In this document: positions 29,886 to 40,455 of the stretch, piece after piece
How positions within the stretch are numbered: the first letter of the stretch is position 1
Layout: every line of letters starts with the position of its first letter
Origin: Trichormus sp. ATA11-4-KO1
GTDB taxonomy: Bacteria; Cyanobacteriota; Cyanobacteriia; Cyanobacteriales; Nostocaceae
Reading direction: 5' to 3'
Length of the DNA: 64,000 nt
Assembly: GCA_019358915.1 (NCBI GenBank)
Contig: JAHHIM010000009.1
Location: 64,001-128,000, forward strand
Notes under the pieces: model-generated
The model's database searches: none
Seen by the model: the letters and a program-made list of their open reading frames with translations, nothing else
Told to the model about the DNA's origin: nothing
Made by a program: the position numbers and the translations under genes

Positions 29886-32800
29886 ATGTCAATGCTACAG
29901 TACCCGCTTTATGACTTTCTAGCAACCGTACCCAACTGCGTAGAAACAAGTACTCTGGCAATGGTGCTAGAGATTTTTGAGCAAGAGCAGTGCGATCGCT
30001 TGGTAATAGTGAATCAGCAGCAATGCCCCTTAGGATTGCTGCACTCTGCCCGGTTAACACAAAAATTATTGGCAGCATCTGGTGACGAGCAAGTTTTAAA
30101 TTTGCAGCAGCCATTATTAACCTGGGATCAAACCATTATTGAGCCACTAAATACATTACCAGCAACCTATGGTTTAGAGCAATTTAAGCTATTTTTGCGG
30201 CACCAACAAATCCCAACAAACAATAGCGGGGATTGGGCATTGATTGATGTCGATGGCAAATTTTTGGGGCTGCTGAACAGCGCACGTCTGTTAGGGTTAT
30301 TGGCTAAGGAAAAATTGGCAGTCAGTAGAGTGGGAAATAAATATGCAGCCAAGAAAATCTCCCCCAGTCATGCAGACAGACCTGGTAAAAGAGCGAAAAC
30401 TCATTGGCGAACTGACAAGCCAGCGCTGGGGCGATCGCGCCGCGTCAATCAACGTCAGCCACTGGTGCAGCTATTGGAACTACTGCCTTGGCCTTTGATG
30501 CTGCAAACTGGAACGGGTGAGGTAGTGGCACAAAATCCGGCTTGGTGGCAGCAATTGGGAGCATTTAAAGATCCAGAAGCAGTCAGGCAACAGGTAGAGG
30601 CAATATTAGCCCCCGTCCGCGTTCAACAACCAGAATATGCTGGATCAGGAGAACATACCTTATCTGTCAGGAACGAAGCGCCACCGCAAAAAAGCTTGTT
30701 CCCTTTATCGTCAGTATCTACACCACTGATTGATCACCAGCACCAGCAGTCGGCAACTACAATCACTAAATTCAGTCGCTGCTTTTTGGATAGTCAAATG
30801 GGTACTTGTACTTGTGTCGTAGAAGTGCAAAATGGTCAAGAGCGCATCTGGCAGTTTGCCAAAATCCCATTAGATAGTCCTGAGTCAGAAGTTATACTCA
30901 GTAAGGAGTTGACTCACGATTCAGAACTGGAAAGTGACTTATGGTTAGTATTAGCTACCGACGTCACCGAGCAACAGCAGATTTGTAAAGAACTAGCCGC
31001 GAAGAATGCTGATCTTATTCAACTAAATCGTTTAAAAGACGAGTTTTTAGCTTGTATTAGTCATGAACTCAAGACCCCGCTCACTGCCGTTTTGGGATTA
31101 TCGCGGTTGCTCGTGGATCAGCAGTTGGGAGAACTTAACGAACGTCAAGCCCGTTATGCGGGACTGATTCATCAAAGTGGCAGACATCTGATGAGTGTGG
31201 TCAATGACATTTTGGATTTGACCCGCATGGAGACCGGACAGATGGATTTGGCCTTCGTCCCAGTGAAAATTCGTGCCGTGTGCGATCGCGCCCTCACAGA
31301 AGCCAAAGCTATTCACACTCAAACCACCAAAGCGACAACCAGCCAATCTCCACCAGCAAATTCTTTACCTGAATTTACCATCTCCATTGAACCAGGCTTA
31401 GACCAGATTGTCGCAGATGAATTGCGCTTACGTCAGATGCTGGTACACCTACTTTCTAACGCCTTTAAGTTCACCGAAAACTCTGGGGAAATTGGTTTGC
31501 GGGTGAGCCGTTGGGAAGGCTGGATTGCGTTTACAATCTGGGACACAGGCATTGGCATTCCCGAACATCAACAACATTTAATTTTCCAAAAATTCCAACA
31601 ATTGGAAAATCCCCTGACTCGCCAGTTTGAAGGTACTGGTCTGGGGCTAGTCTTAACTAGGGCTTTAGCTCGCCTCCACGGAGGTGATGTCAGCTTTTTG
31701 TCTCGTGAAGGTAAAGGTAGCCAGTTTACATTACTTCTACCACCCAGCCCACCCACAACAGGTTTCACCGAGCCAGGTGTGGAAGAAGAAATCCCCATGA
31801 CTGAGACACAAGGAGTTACAACCTCAGCACGTCAGCGCGTCACCGCTACTGCCCAACATCATCCCACTAGTTCACAACGGTTAGTGCTAGTAGTCGAAGC
31901 AGTAGCTAGATATATTGAAGATTTGACCGAGCAACTTAAAGGTTTAGGTTATCGGGTGGTAATTGCTCGCTCAGGCACAGAGGCGGTAGAAAAAGCCCGG
32001 CGTTTACAACCAAAAGCGATCTTCTTGAATCCTTTATTACCCTTACTTTCGGGTTGGGATGTACTGACCTTACTAAAATCTGATGCCGCAACTCGCCAAA
32101 TTCCTGTAATGGTGACAGCGACAGGAGCCGAAAAAGAGCAAGCATTTTCTCACCGAGCCGATGGTTTTCTGAGTTTGCCAGTAGACAATCAAGCCTTAGC
32201 ACCACTCCTAGAAAAGTTATGTGCAACACCAGAAATTCAGCAATCAGGATTAGAAAATCACGAAATCACCCCACCTCAAACTCTACTGCGAATTCTCAGG
32301 TTGGTGAATCCTCACTTAGAATCAATTCACCCCCACCCTTCACTGCAAGAACATCGGGTAATTGAGGTAGATGACTTAGATCAGGCAGAACTCTTAGCAC
32401 GGGTTTGGCAATTCGATGTCATTTTGCTGGATGTAGAAAGTTCTCTGGCCCAAACCTATCTGCAACAGTTAACTCACTATCCTTTATTGGCTGATCTCCC
32501 TCTGGTAACTTGCGATGTAGCCACCACCTTGGCAGCTTCCCAGATACCTGGTTTGTCTGTGTTTCCTTACTTAACACCATTCACTCAAGACAATAAAAAC
32601 CGCACCGATAAAACAGACCCATTATTATCAGTTCTGCAAATTGCATCTGGTATCTGCTGCCCACCCAGCATTTTAGTGGTAGATTTGGCGATGCTGCACG
32701 ACTTACCACAGATCAGACGCAAACAAATTAGGGGGCATAGAACAACAAAAAACTCCTCACTCAGTAGTGATTATACTGAACGGGGATCTGAGTGGTTCCA

Positions 32801-33245
32801 AGCTTTAATTCAGTACTTACAAACCGCCGGCTTGAAAGCAGCCATGGGTCGCTGTTGGGTAGAAGTGCTACAACAAATTCGGCACCAAAGCGTTGACTTA
32901 CTACTGATTTGCTTAGGAGAGTCTTCTATCCATAAAGATGTACTAAAAGCATTGAAAGCATTGGCAGATTTACCGTTCGATTTACCACCAATTTTGGTGA
33001 TTGACCAGCGCTTAAATCACACTCAAATTAATTCCCTACCTGACATTTCCCAGACAGCAACTGAGCGACGAAAAAACGGCAGATTAGATACAGTAGAAAC
33101 TGTCATGAGTACTTTAGCTCAGCTTGTCGAAGACACTGCCATCCAGATTTTACCTCGTTCTATATCAATGGAAGATTTATTGCATCAAATCAATCAAGCT
33201 TTAGCTGTCAAAGATGTAATGCGTAATTCTAAAAAGGTAAGGTAA
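29886..33245 (+). CDS. Hybrid histidine kinase with a CBS-like N-terminus and degenerate receivers
   Basis: ISHELKTPL H-box, NAFKF, GTGLGL; first receiver reads AIFLNPLLP. Confidence 0.9.
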   Translation: MSMLQYPLYDFLATVPNCVETSTLAMVLEIFEQEQCDRLVIVNQQQCPLGLLHSARLTQKLLAASGDEQVLNLQQPLLTWDQTIIEPLNTLPATYGLEQFKLFLRHQQIPTNNSGDWALIDVDGKFLGLLNSARLLGLLAKEKLAVSRVGNKYAAKKISPSHADRPGKRAKTHWRTDKPALGRSRRVNQRQPLVQLLELLPWPLMLQTGTGEVVAQNPAWWQQLGAFKDPEAVRQQVEAILAPVRVQQPEYAGSGEHTLSVRNEAPPQKSLFPLSSVSTPLIDHQHQQSATTITKFSRCFLDSQMGTCTCVVEVQNGQERIWQFAKIPLDSPESEVILSKELTHDSELESDLWLVLATDVTEQQQICKELAAKNADLIQLNRLKDEFLACISHELKTPLTAVLGLSRLLVDQQLGELNERQARYAGLIHQSGRHLMSVVNDILDLTRMETGQMDLAFVPVKIRAVCDRALTEAKAIHTQTTKATTSQSPPANSLPEFTISIEPGLDQIVADELRLRQMLVHLLSNAFKFTENSGEIGLRVSRWEGWIAFTIWDTGIGIPEHQQHLIFQKFQQLENPLTRQFEGTGLGLVLTRALARLHGGDVSFLSREGKGSQFTLLLPPSPPTTGFTEPGVEEEIPMTETQGVTTSARQRVTATAQHHPTSSQRLVLVVEAVARYIEDLTEQLKGLGYRVVIARSGTEAVEKARRLQPKAIFLNPLLPLLSGWDVLTLLKSDAATRQIPVMVTATGAEKEQAFSHRADGFLSLPVDNQALAPLLEKLCATPEIQQSGLENHEITPPQTLLRILRLVNPHLESIHPHPSLQEHRVIEVDDLDQAELLARVWQFDVILLDVESSLAQTYLQQLTHYPLLADLPLVTCDVATTLAASQIPGLSVFPYLTPFTQDNKNRTDKTDPLLSVLQIASGICCPPSILVVDLAMLHDLPQIRRKQIRGHRTTKNSSLSSDYTERGSEWFQALIQYLQTAGLKAAMGRCWVEVLQQIRHQSVDLLLICLGESSIHKDVLKALKALADLPFDLPPILVIDQRLNHTQINSLPDISQTATERRKNGRLDTVETVMSTLAQLVEDTAIQILPRSISMEDLLHQINQALAVKDVMRNSKKVR

Positions 33246-33350
33246 ATTTTTGTTTGTAGTGAGCGATTTGTCGCTTTCTTAGGAGGTTTTAAAGGGCTAG
33301 AGCCGCTGACTACGAAATTAAGTCTTACTACTTAATTCGTAATTATTTTG

Positions 33351-35219
33351 TTAGCTAATTTTGGCTAGTTTAGTTGATGATATTTTTAGCTTTTCTTTGT
33401 CCATTTTCCTAAAAGAAACTCGAATTAATTGATAGGCACCTTTAGTAGCTAAATTATCATAAATGTCTGGTGGCAAGTCCATTTTGACAAAAGTTTTCGG
33501 TTCAGCTAAGACTAGCAAAGAGGAATTTTTGTCTGACTGGGCACCCCGGTTTTGAATATGCTCTACAGCGTCTTTTGTCAATTTGATGAAATTTATATGT
33601 TTTTGGGTGTAAAATACTACGCTTGGCTTTTTGAAACCCACCATAACTAGTTCTTCCTGCGGTTTTTGCACTTCCACCACAACAGCAGATAATTCCCTTA
33701 AAGGTAGCTGACGTTGCTGATCCATCAAAAATAAAGCAGGCATCAAAACAATCATTAAGAATGCCACAAACAACGCTAAATTCACGTTGATAATAGAGTA
33801 CCAACGGCGACTTAAGATTAAAATTGCCATGATGATGGCACCAAATAGCCAAATGAATCCCCCTAGTCCTGGTAAACCAGCATTTTGAATTAGTAGGCGG
33901 AAGTCTGGTGCCACTGAATTACTACCTAGTAAATAAAATATATGAAACAGTGCTACTGCCAGTACCGTGACAAATCCAACATTGATCCAAGCACTGACTT
34001 TGAGGAAAGAGGAAGCAGAAGCAGTGTTTTGGTTCTTGTCCTGGAAAAAGTCACTCCATAACAGCGCCACGAGAATAGCGGCGGCTGGCATTAAAGGTAA
34101 AACATAGCTAGGGAGTTTAGTAACAGCAATAGTAAAAAAGCCAAAGATACTAATAAACCAGATACAGGCAAATAAACCCAATTGCTGAGAGCGTTCTTGG
34201 GAGCGCCAGTGCGATCGCTGCCAAAATTTTAGTCTCACCATGGCTACAGGTAAGTAAACTGAGTATGGCGCAAAGCCCAACAGCACCACGAGAAAGTAAA
34301 AATACCAGGGTGCTGAGTGACCATTAACTACTTCTGTGAAGCGTTCCAGGTTGTGATAACCAAAAAAGGAATTAATGTAATTCCAACCATTATGCCAAAC
34401 TACTAGCAAATACCAGGGTGCTGATAAACCAAAAATAATCAGCATCCCCATGAGGGGACGCATTTCCCGGAATACTTCTCGTACCTTGCCTACATAAAAT
34501 AGAAATCCAGCGATAATTAGCCCCGGCAAAACAATTCCCACAGGCCCCTTGCTCAAAATTGCCCCAGCAATTAGCACGTAACAGGCCAAATACCATTTGT
34601 TAGGTAATAGGGATCGGGAGTGAAGCATTGAGGAAGTAACATCTACTTCTGCTTTTTCCTGTGCATATCCCAGAAAAAAGCATAACAAGGCTGATGCCAT
34701 GCAACCAGTCAGCAGCATATCTGAGACACCCGTTCTTCCCCAGACAATCATCTCGGCATTGAGTGCCAACATCGCTGCGGCAATGAAAGCTGTTAAGTAG
34801 CGGCGAGTAGGATGTGAAACCTGCTCTAAAGCATCTTTTTGAGAGAAATACCATTGTACGGTGTAAAACGTTAAACCAATGACTCCCAGGGATGCGATCG
34901 CTGAAGGCAGACGTACTGCCCATTCATTCACCCCCAAAATTGTATAGGCGATCGCTTGACACCAGTAAATTAAAGCAGGTTTATCAAACCGCGTTTCGCC
35001 ATTGAAAAAGGGAGTGATCCAGTCACCTGTAACAAACATTTGACGGGAGGCTTCAGCAAACAAGGGTTCTGTTTCATCAATCAAGCCCACGCTGCCTAAA
35101 TTCCACCCATAAGCAATCCAACCAATCAGGAGTAATACAGTCACAGCGAAACTGGGACTTTTCACTAGATTGTTGAACCACTGGTTAACAGTACGCGGAA
35201 CACTCAATTTCATCCTCAT
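33351..35219 (-). CDS. ArnT/PMT-like (GT39-type) glycosyltransferase
   Basis: DETEPLFAEASRQM, RFDKPALIYW, KLPSYVLP; many TM helices. Confidence 0.9.
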   Translation of the reverse strand: MRMKLSVPRTVNQWFNNLVKSPSFAVTVLLLIGWIAYGWNLGSVGLIDETEPLFAEASRQMFVTGDWITPFFNGETRFDKPALIYWCQAIAYTILGVNEWAVRLPSAIASLGVIGLTFYTVQWYFSQKDALEQVSHPTRRYLTAFIAAAMLALNAEMIVWGRTGVSDMLLTGCMASALLCFFLGYAQEKAEVDVTSSMLHSRSLLPNKWYLACYVLIAGAILSKGPVGIVLPGLIIAGFLFYVGKVREVFREMRPLMGMLIIFGLSAPWYLLVVWHNGWNYINSFFGYHNLERFTEVVNGHSAPWYFYFLVVLLGFAPYSVYLPVAMVRLKFWQRSHWRSQERSQQLGLFACIWFISIFGFFTIAVTKLPSYVLPLMPAAAILVALLWSDFFQDKNQNTASASSFLKVSAWINVGFVTVLAVALFHIFYLLGSNSVAPDFRLLIQNAGLPGLGGFIWLFGAIIMAILILSRRWYSIINVNLALFVAFLMIVLMPALFLMDQQRQLPLRELSAVVVEVQKPQEELVMVGFKKPSVVFYTQKHINFIKLTKDAVEHIQNRGAQSDKNSSLLVLAEPKTFVKMDLPPDIYDNLATKGAYQLIRVSFRKMDKEKLKISSTKLAKIS

Positions 35220-35353
35220 TAGTCATTAAATAGTCAACAATTAAACATAACTAGTCAATAGTCGTTGAAGAGCTATGTTTTGTTCTTGTAAAAGGGAATG
35301 GGGCATTGGGCATTGGTTATTTACCTTGTCCCCCCATCCCCTTCCCAGTCCCG

Positions 35354-35977
35354 TTAAGGAGTCAGTACCAATAACCATTCGCGATTTTGCGTATTCCATT
35401 TAGGCAAGGAAGTTTCTCCAACAACATACGGGCCCCAGTAGCGCCGGGAACCATCTTGTGCAAAGGCAACTATAATATCTCCCTTCTCCAATTTGAGGTT
35501 CCCATGAGGCAGGGAGAGAAGCAACCCCTTTTCACTACCTTCTTGGGGATCAAAATCCCAATGAGCAGGAATATCATAGTTAGTTGGTTTATTACTAGAA
35601 TCTTTCTCTAGTGGCTGCCGTGGCAGTAAAGCTAACCGCACAGGTTGGTCTGTTTGATTGCTTATGCGTAAAGTTCCTTGATTTTTGGCATCAGCAACCG
35701 AGTTTTGACGCTCTGCCAAGATGTGAGTACTGCTAATTCCCACTTGATTAGTTGGAGTGGTTGCTGGACTTGAGGTGCTAGTAGAAGTAACTGTTTCATC
35801 TGGGACAGGTGATGCTGAAGTGACATCCAATTGTGATGTGTCTTGAGATACTCGTGAAGATGTATTGGAATTGGTTGACTCAAAAGACACACTCATTTCC
35901 CAACATCCTAACAGTAATCCCAGTAGCCCCAAAGCACAAGCTGTAACAACAGTGTGACGATATACTGAAGATTTCAT
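35354..35977 (-). CDS. Conserved hypothetical exported protein (possible lipoprotein)
   Basis: Signal-like N-terminus ending LLGC, Ser/Thr-rich linker, globular C-terminus. Confidence 0.7.
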   Translation of the reverse strand: MKSSVYRHTVVTACALGLLGLLLGCWEMSVSFESTNSNTSSRVSQDTSQLDVTSASPVPDETVTSTSTSSPATTPTNQVGISSTHILAERQNSVADAKNQGTLRISNQTDQPVRLALLPRQPLEKDSSNKPTNYDIPAHWDFDPQEGSEKGLLLSLPHGNLKLEKGDIIVAFAQDGSRRYWGPYVVGETSLPKWNTQNREWLLVLTP

Positions 35978-36535
35978 ATTGATAGTGATTAGTAATAATA
36001 TTTTGTTTAGGCTTGACCAAATACTAGCCTATTATTTGCAGCAGTAATCTGGGATATGTAGCTACTCACTTACTAGAGATTTTCGTGAAATTAGGATATG
36101 CAATGTATCATAAATATCATTATTTTGCAAAAAAGTAGAGCATAAAAAATTACCTTGTTTCTCAATCAAAAAAGGGTAGAAAAGCCTGCTTATTCGTGAA
36201 TTAATTCAGAACAACAGCCAAAAATTGCAAAATATGATACATAAATCTGAAAAGATTTGTAGAAATACAAAAAGCTGCTTTTCAGAATTAAGTAGTGTGA
36301 GCAACAAGGTATTTTTTGTAAATCCCCAGATTTTACAACTGTAAATTTTTCATAATTCTTAATAATTTACAGTGAAGTTAAAATTTAGTAGCTATTCATA
36401 CCAATTTTGTGTGAAGCTGTGCTTGATTTACCCCAGGCTCACAAGCAAAATCTGCCAGGCAGACTAATTGGCATATCTTTACCAAAAAATGGTATCACAA
36501 CAATATTAAAAGTTTCGCAAAAATCCTCACCTCAG

Positions 36536-36868
36536 ATGCAAAACACTCGTCTCACAAACTTATTCGATGCCATTGCTAGGCGTTTGAGGCAATGGTTTTT
36601 AAATCCTTGGCGACGTCTATCGCTATTAATTATTAATTTTTTATTCGGCTTTTTTCTAGGAACAGCAATTTCCACCATCGCTGGACAAAGAGGCACATTA
36701 GACATTTTGATAGCTGGTATTTTAGTGGCGTTGACAGAGATTACTAGCAGGATATTTTATAGTCGCAGCTTTTTGGCAAGGCAAGCACTTTGGGTAGAAT
36801 CACTCAACTTACTGAAAGTGGGTTTCATCTACAGCATGTTTGTTGAAGCCTTTAAACTGGGTTCATAA
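36536..36868 (+). CDS. DUF565 / Ycf20-like membrane protein
   Basis: MQNTRL...NPWRRLSL...EAFKLGS; ATG 36536 preferred over the ORF track start. Confidence 0.85.
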   Translation: MQNTRLTNLFDAIARRLRQWFLNPWRRLSLLIINFLFGFFLGTAISTIAGQRGTLDILIAGILVALTEITSRIFYSRSFLARQALWVESLNLLKVGFIYSMFVEAFKLGS

Positions 36869-36954
36869 AGCCTTCTAAATTTAGTAGAGCTATGTTGAGT
36901 ATTTTAACTGGTTGACAAAAAGAACTCACTCTTGTCATTTCACGGATACATTTC

Positions 36955-37797
36955 TCATGTAGAAAATGGCTGAAGATGCTGCTTAAACCATGACTGAAGA
37001 CACTGCCAGCCTTGCTTGGCTTCTGTTTCGCGGTAGGAGGGACGATAATCGGCAAAAAAGGCGTGGGGTGCATCGGGGTAGACAATGATTTTGGATTGGC
37101 TACTGCTGGACTTGAGGCGAACGCGCATCTGCTCTACAGTATCCAGAGGAATACCTGTATCCTGACCACCGTAGAGTCCGAGGACAGGGACTCGCAAATC
37201 AGAGGCAATATCAACTGGATGCTGGGGTGTAAGTTCGGTCTTATCGCCCACCAATCGCCCGTACCAGGCCACACCTGCCTTGACTTGAGGATTATGTGCT
37301 GCATACAGCCAGGTAATACGACCGCCCCAGCAGAAGCCTGTAATTCCCAACTTATCCGCGTTGCCCTTAGCTGATTTCACAGCCCAGTCTACCGTGGCAT
37401 CAAGATCGGATAGTACCTGCGCATCTGGCACTTTCGCGACTATCGGACGAATTTCATCTATGCTGGTTAACTTTGAGACATCACCTTGACGCACGAACAT
37501 TTCCGGTGCGATCGCTAAATACCCTAAATTAGCAAAGCGACGACAAACATCCTGGATATGCTCATGCACGCCAAAGATTTCTTGAATCACCAGCACAATG
37601 GGGAAATTTTCTCCCTTTGCAGGTACAGCTCTGTAAGCAGGAATTTCACCATCTGAGACGGGAATTTTCACCGCACTTGCTACCAACCCCTGAGCGTCGG
37701 TGGTAATCACTTGAGCCGAAATGGGCTGCACGGCGAGGGCAAAACCAGTCGCCAAGGTGGCAGTTGTGATAAATTTGCGGCGTGTTATTTCTTTCAT
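36955..37797 (-). CDS. Dienelactone hydrolase family protein (Tat-like signal)
   Basis: TRRKFI leader, [23 protein letters not shown]. Confidence 0.93.
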   Translation of the reverse strand: MKEITRRKFITTATLATGFALAVQPISAQVITTDAQGLVASAVKIPVSDGEIPAYRAVPAKGENFPIVLVIQEIFGVHEHIQDVCRRFANLGYLAIAPEMFVRQGDVSKLTSIDEIRPIVAKVPDAQVLSDLDATVDWAVKSAKGNADKLGITGFCWGGRITWLYAAHNPQVKAGVAWYGRLVGDKTELTPQHPVDIASDLRVPVLGLYGGQDTGIPLDTVEQMRVRLKSSSSQSKIIVYPDAPHAFFADYRPSYRETEAKQGWQCLQSWFKQHLQPFST

Positions 37798-37919
37798 GAT
37801 TTTGATAGTTAGCTATACAACCTAGATTCCGCAGGCAAGTGATGAGATTAATAGTATTTTTGACGAATGACACTATAAGTATCAGAAATAAGAGTACAAG
37901 ATATTGAGCAAATAATTAC

Positions 37920-37959
37920 TAATTCGTAATTCGTAATTCGTAATTCGTAATTCGTAATT
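37920..37959. repeat. STRR-type heptamer tandem repeat (TAATTCG)x5.7
   Basis: Read directly from the sequence. Confidence 0.9.
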
Positions 37960-38238
37960 AAAGAGGGTACAAGCCCCCACTGATTGTAACTACGTACAGC
38001 CTGGCGGCATCTGTAGGCTCTATTATCAATTACGAATTATGTTGACCACTGTGGGATAGTGGCAGGTATCATAGACCAGATGTGTTTGGTAGAGCAACAC
38101 AAGAATATACTGACTCCAGTTCCAGGCTCCTCAATCAGCGATCGCCATTAAAGAATTAAGAAAATTATCAGGCAGTGACGACAATGGCGCTAAACTCTTA
38201 TGACGAATCAGCCCTTAGAGTCAACTTGATAGCTTCTG

Positions 38239-38559
38239 ATGAAATTAGCCGATATCCTCAAAGACTCAAATTACAAGCTGTCGCAGTTTACGATCGCTGA
38301 AATTGAGCAGTTAGAGCAAACAATTACCCTCAAGGCAACCAAAAACGGTGAGGTTCCTTATACGGTTTGTTTGGTGCGCCAAAAAGCAATTAAGCTCACG
38401 CCAGAGGAGTCAATCCGGCAATTATATTTACGAGTTTTGCGCGATCGCTTGCACTATCCCCTCAGTCGCATTCAGGTTGAGTATGGGGTGAATTTTGGGC
38501 GCGAGGTGAAACGGGCAGACATCGTGGTCATGGATAAAGACCGTCCCAACACAGTTTAT
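38239..38559 (+). pseudogene. Truncated HsdR-N-like / N-6 methyltransferase restriction-modification gene
   Basis: TPEESIRQLYL...IQVEYGVNFGREVKRADIVV; the frame is cut by an IS end at about 38560. Confidence 0.8.
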
Positions 38560-38825
38560 AGAACCCATTTGACATCTAAGAAGAGGCTGCAAGCCTCTGA
38601 ACCATTAGCCGAATAAAACAAAGATTAACTTTGGCGGTCGCATTAGCTAAAGTTCGCTCAAAGTTCTTGACGAGAATTTTGCATCTCTCCATCCAAGCAT
38701 TTGACCGTTCAATCACCCACCTGGCTGCAACCGGAACAAACCCAGATAGTCGTCAAGCGAGATGCCTGCTTTGGAGACTGTTTCACTCGTTTGAGAACTT
38801 GTTTTCCCCCTTCTCGTTCACCCAT
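38560..38825 (-). mobile_element. IS5-family transposase remnant
   Basis: Minus strand reads GFVPVAARWVIERSNAWMERCKILVKNFERTLANATAKVNLCFIRLMVQRLAASS*, followed by the end sequence AGATGTCAAATGGGTTCT. Confidence 0.8.
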
Positions 38826-38829
38826 ACTG

Positions 38830-39512
38830 GCAGATGTGACCCTGACCCGGCTGAATATTACCAGCCAAAACAGCAAAAAGTTATGACAATCATGCGTCAG
38901 TCTGGTCTTTGTATTGGCAATGTTGTCTCACTTGCAAAGCGCAAATTTCAGCCTGATAAACAAGGCACTTTTAATTACATTGAAATTGGGAATCTCAACG
39001 GAGAAGGCTTTGCTAATAGTGAAGTAGTAGCAATGGAAGAAGTCCCCAGTCGAGCGCAGTGGATTGTCAAAACTAACGATGTAATTACGTCAACCGTTCG
39101 CCCCATTCGCCGACTCTCAGCCCTGATTGAACCAGAGCAAAACAATTACATTTGTTCATCTGGTTTTGCTGTTCTCAAACCAACCAAAATAGAGCCAGAA
39201 GTTTTACAAGTTTATTTGCGATCGCCCATTGTATGCGAAATCCTTGATCTTCATACAACTGCCAGTATGTATCCGGCAATTTCCACTGAAGACTTGTTAA
39301 ATATTCCGATCACGTTGCCGAAAGAATCTACTCGCCAGAAAATCACAGAAAAGGTCAGAGCATCTCGCAAAGCGCGGGAGCAATCTAAACAACTGCTAGA
39401 AATTGCTAAAACTGGAGTAGAACGGGCAATTGAGACTGATGAAGCCGCAGCCACAACTTGGATGAACCAGCAACTTGAAGCATTAGGCATCACCCTAACT
39501 GCTACCACTTAA
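38830..39512 (+). pseudogene. hsdS: C-terminal half of an HsdS-like specificity subunit
   Basis: AEYYQPK, FNYIEIGNL, PSRAQWIV..NDVITSTVRP, CSSGFAVL, MYPAIS; the N-terminus is replaced by the IS remnant. Confidence 0.8.
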
Positions 39513-39529
39513 ACCATCTGGGAGTAATC

Positions 39530-39772
39530 ATGAAAGCACTTAAAGTTATGGCAACGATTAACGATCAGGGACAACTAACTTTAGATTATCCGCTTTTAAC
39601 TGATAAAAATAGCCGAGTAGAAGTCATTGTGCTAATCCCTGAAGTAGAAGAAGTTCTGGATGATTCATCTCAAGCAGAAGTCTTAGCAGATTTCCAGCAA
39701 GCTTGGCACGAAGCCATGACTGGGCAAACTATCCCGGTGGCTCAACTTTGGGAAGGTCTTGAAGATGGTTGA
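39530..39772 (+). CDS. Putative type II antitoxin (partner toxin absent)
   Basis: 80-aa acidic protein ending QQAWHEAMTGQTIPVAQLWEGL; an overlapping ATG at 39765 runs into repeat copy 2 after four codons. Confidence 0.6.
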   Translation: MKALKVMATINDQGQLTLDYPLLTDKNSRVEVIVLIPEVEEVLDDSSQAEVLADFQQAWHEAMTGQTIPVAQLWEGLEDG

Positions 39773-39865
39773 TCAGCTGAAGCCACAGCAACAACTTGGA
39801 TAAACCAGCAAGTTGAAGCTATTAGCATTAATTTATCAAATTAAACTTAATTTAATGGAGGCATA

Positions 39866-40075
39866 ATGTCTGAAATTACTTTAAACCCAGAACAACTCAA
39901 GGAAATCTTGAAAAGCGCGATCGTCGAATTGATTCGTGATAACCGTGAGGAAGTCTCTGAATTTTTGACGGAAATTATTGAAGACATAGCAATGGAACGG
40001 GCGATCGCAGAAGGTGAAACAACTGACCTGATTAGCCGCGACTCCATTTTTCAACTTTTGGAGCCGAAATCGTGA
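39866..40075 (+). CDS. Putative antitoxin upstream of RelE
   Basis: 69-aa acidic protein (IEDIAMERAIAEG); GTGA overlap with the toxin. Confidence 0.7.
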   Translation: MSEITLNPEQLKEILKSAIVELIRDNREEVSEFLTEIIEDIAMERAIAEGETTDLISRDSIFQLLEPKS

Positions 40076-40338
40076 AAGTCGAGTTCAGAAAAAGCTTTGA
40101 AAAGGATTTGGGTAAGATTTAAGATGAGGACTTGCTCCTGAGAATTAAAACTGTAATAGAAGAAATGGAAACTGCTGAAAGTCTCTTGAAGATCAGCAAC
40201 ATCAAAAAACTTAAGGCAGATGGAAATTACTACCGTATCCGAGTTGGTGACTATCGAATTGGTTTTGCCGAAGACGAAAATATAATTACCTTTGTTCGTG
40301 TATTACATCGCAAGGAAATATATCGATATTTTCCATAA
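40072..40338 (+). pseudogene. RelE/ParE toxin with a premature stop
   Basis: GTG-KVEFRKSFEKDLGKI-TAA(40120-40122)-DEDLLLR...YRIRVGDYRIG..VLHRKEIYRYFP in one frame. Confidence 0.85.
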
Positions 40339-40455
40339 TGAATAACTACTGCTAGAAATTGCTAAAACACAAGTAGAACAGGCGATAGAGACTGATGAAG
40401 CGATCGCCACAACTTGGATAAATCAGCAACTTGAAGTCTTGGGGGTAACGCTGAC

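Noticed and set aside
36407..36535. N-terminal extensions in the ORF track (36407, 60178, 61093, 43573, 42518)
   Set aside because: Family similarity or signal peptides begin at downstream ATGs (36536, 60259, 61153, 43480, 42467).
37920..37959. TAATTCG repeats as a CRISPR array
   Set aside because: Contiguous heptamers with no spacers; a typical STRR.
38631..38829. N-terminus of the 293-aa ORF as real HsdS sequence
   Set aside because: It is the antisense reading of an IS5 transposase remnant.
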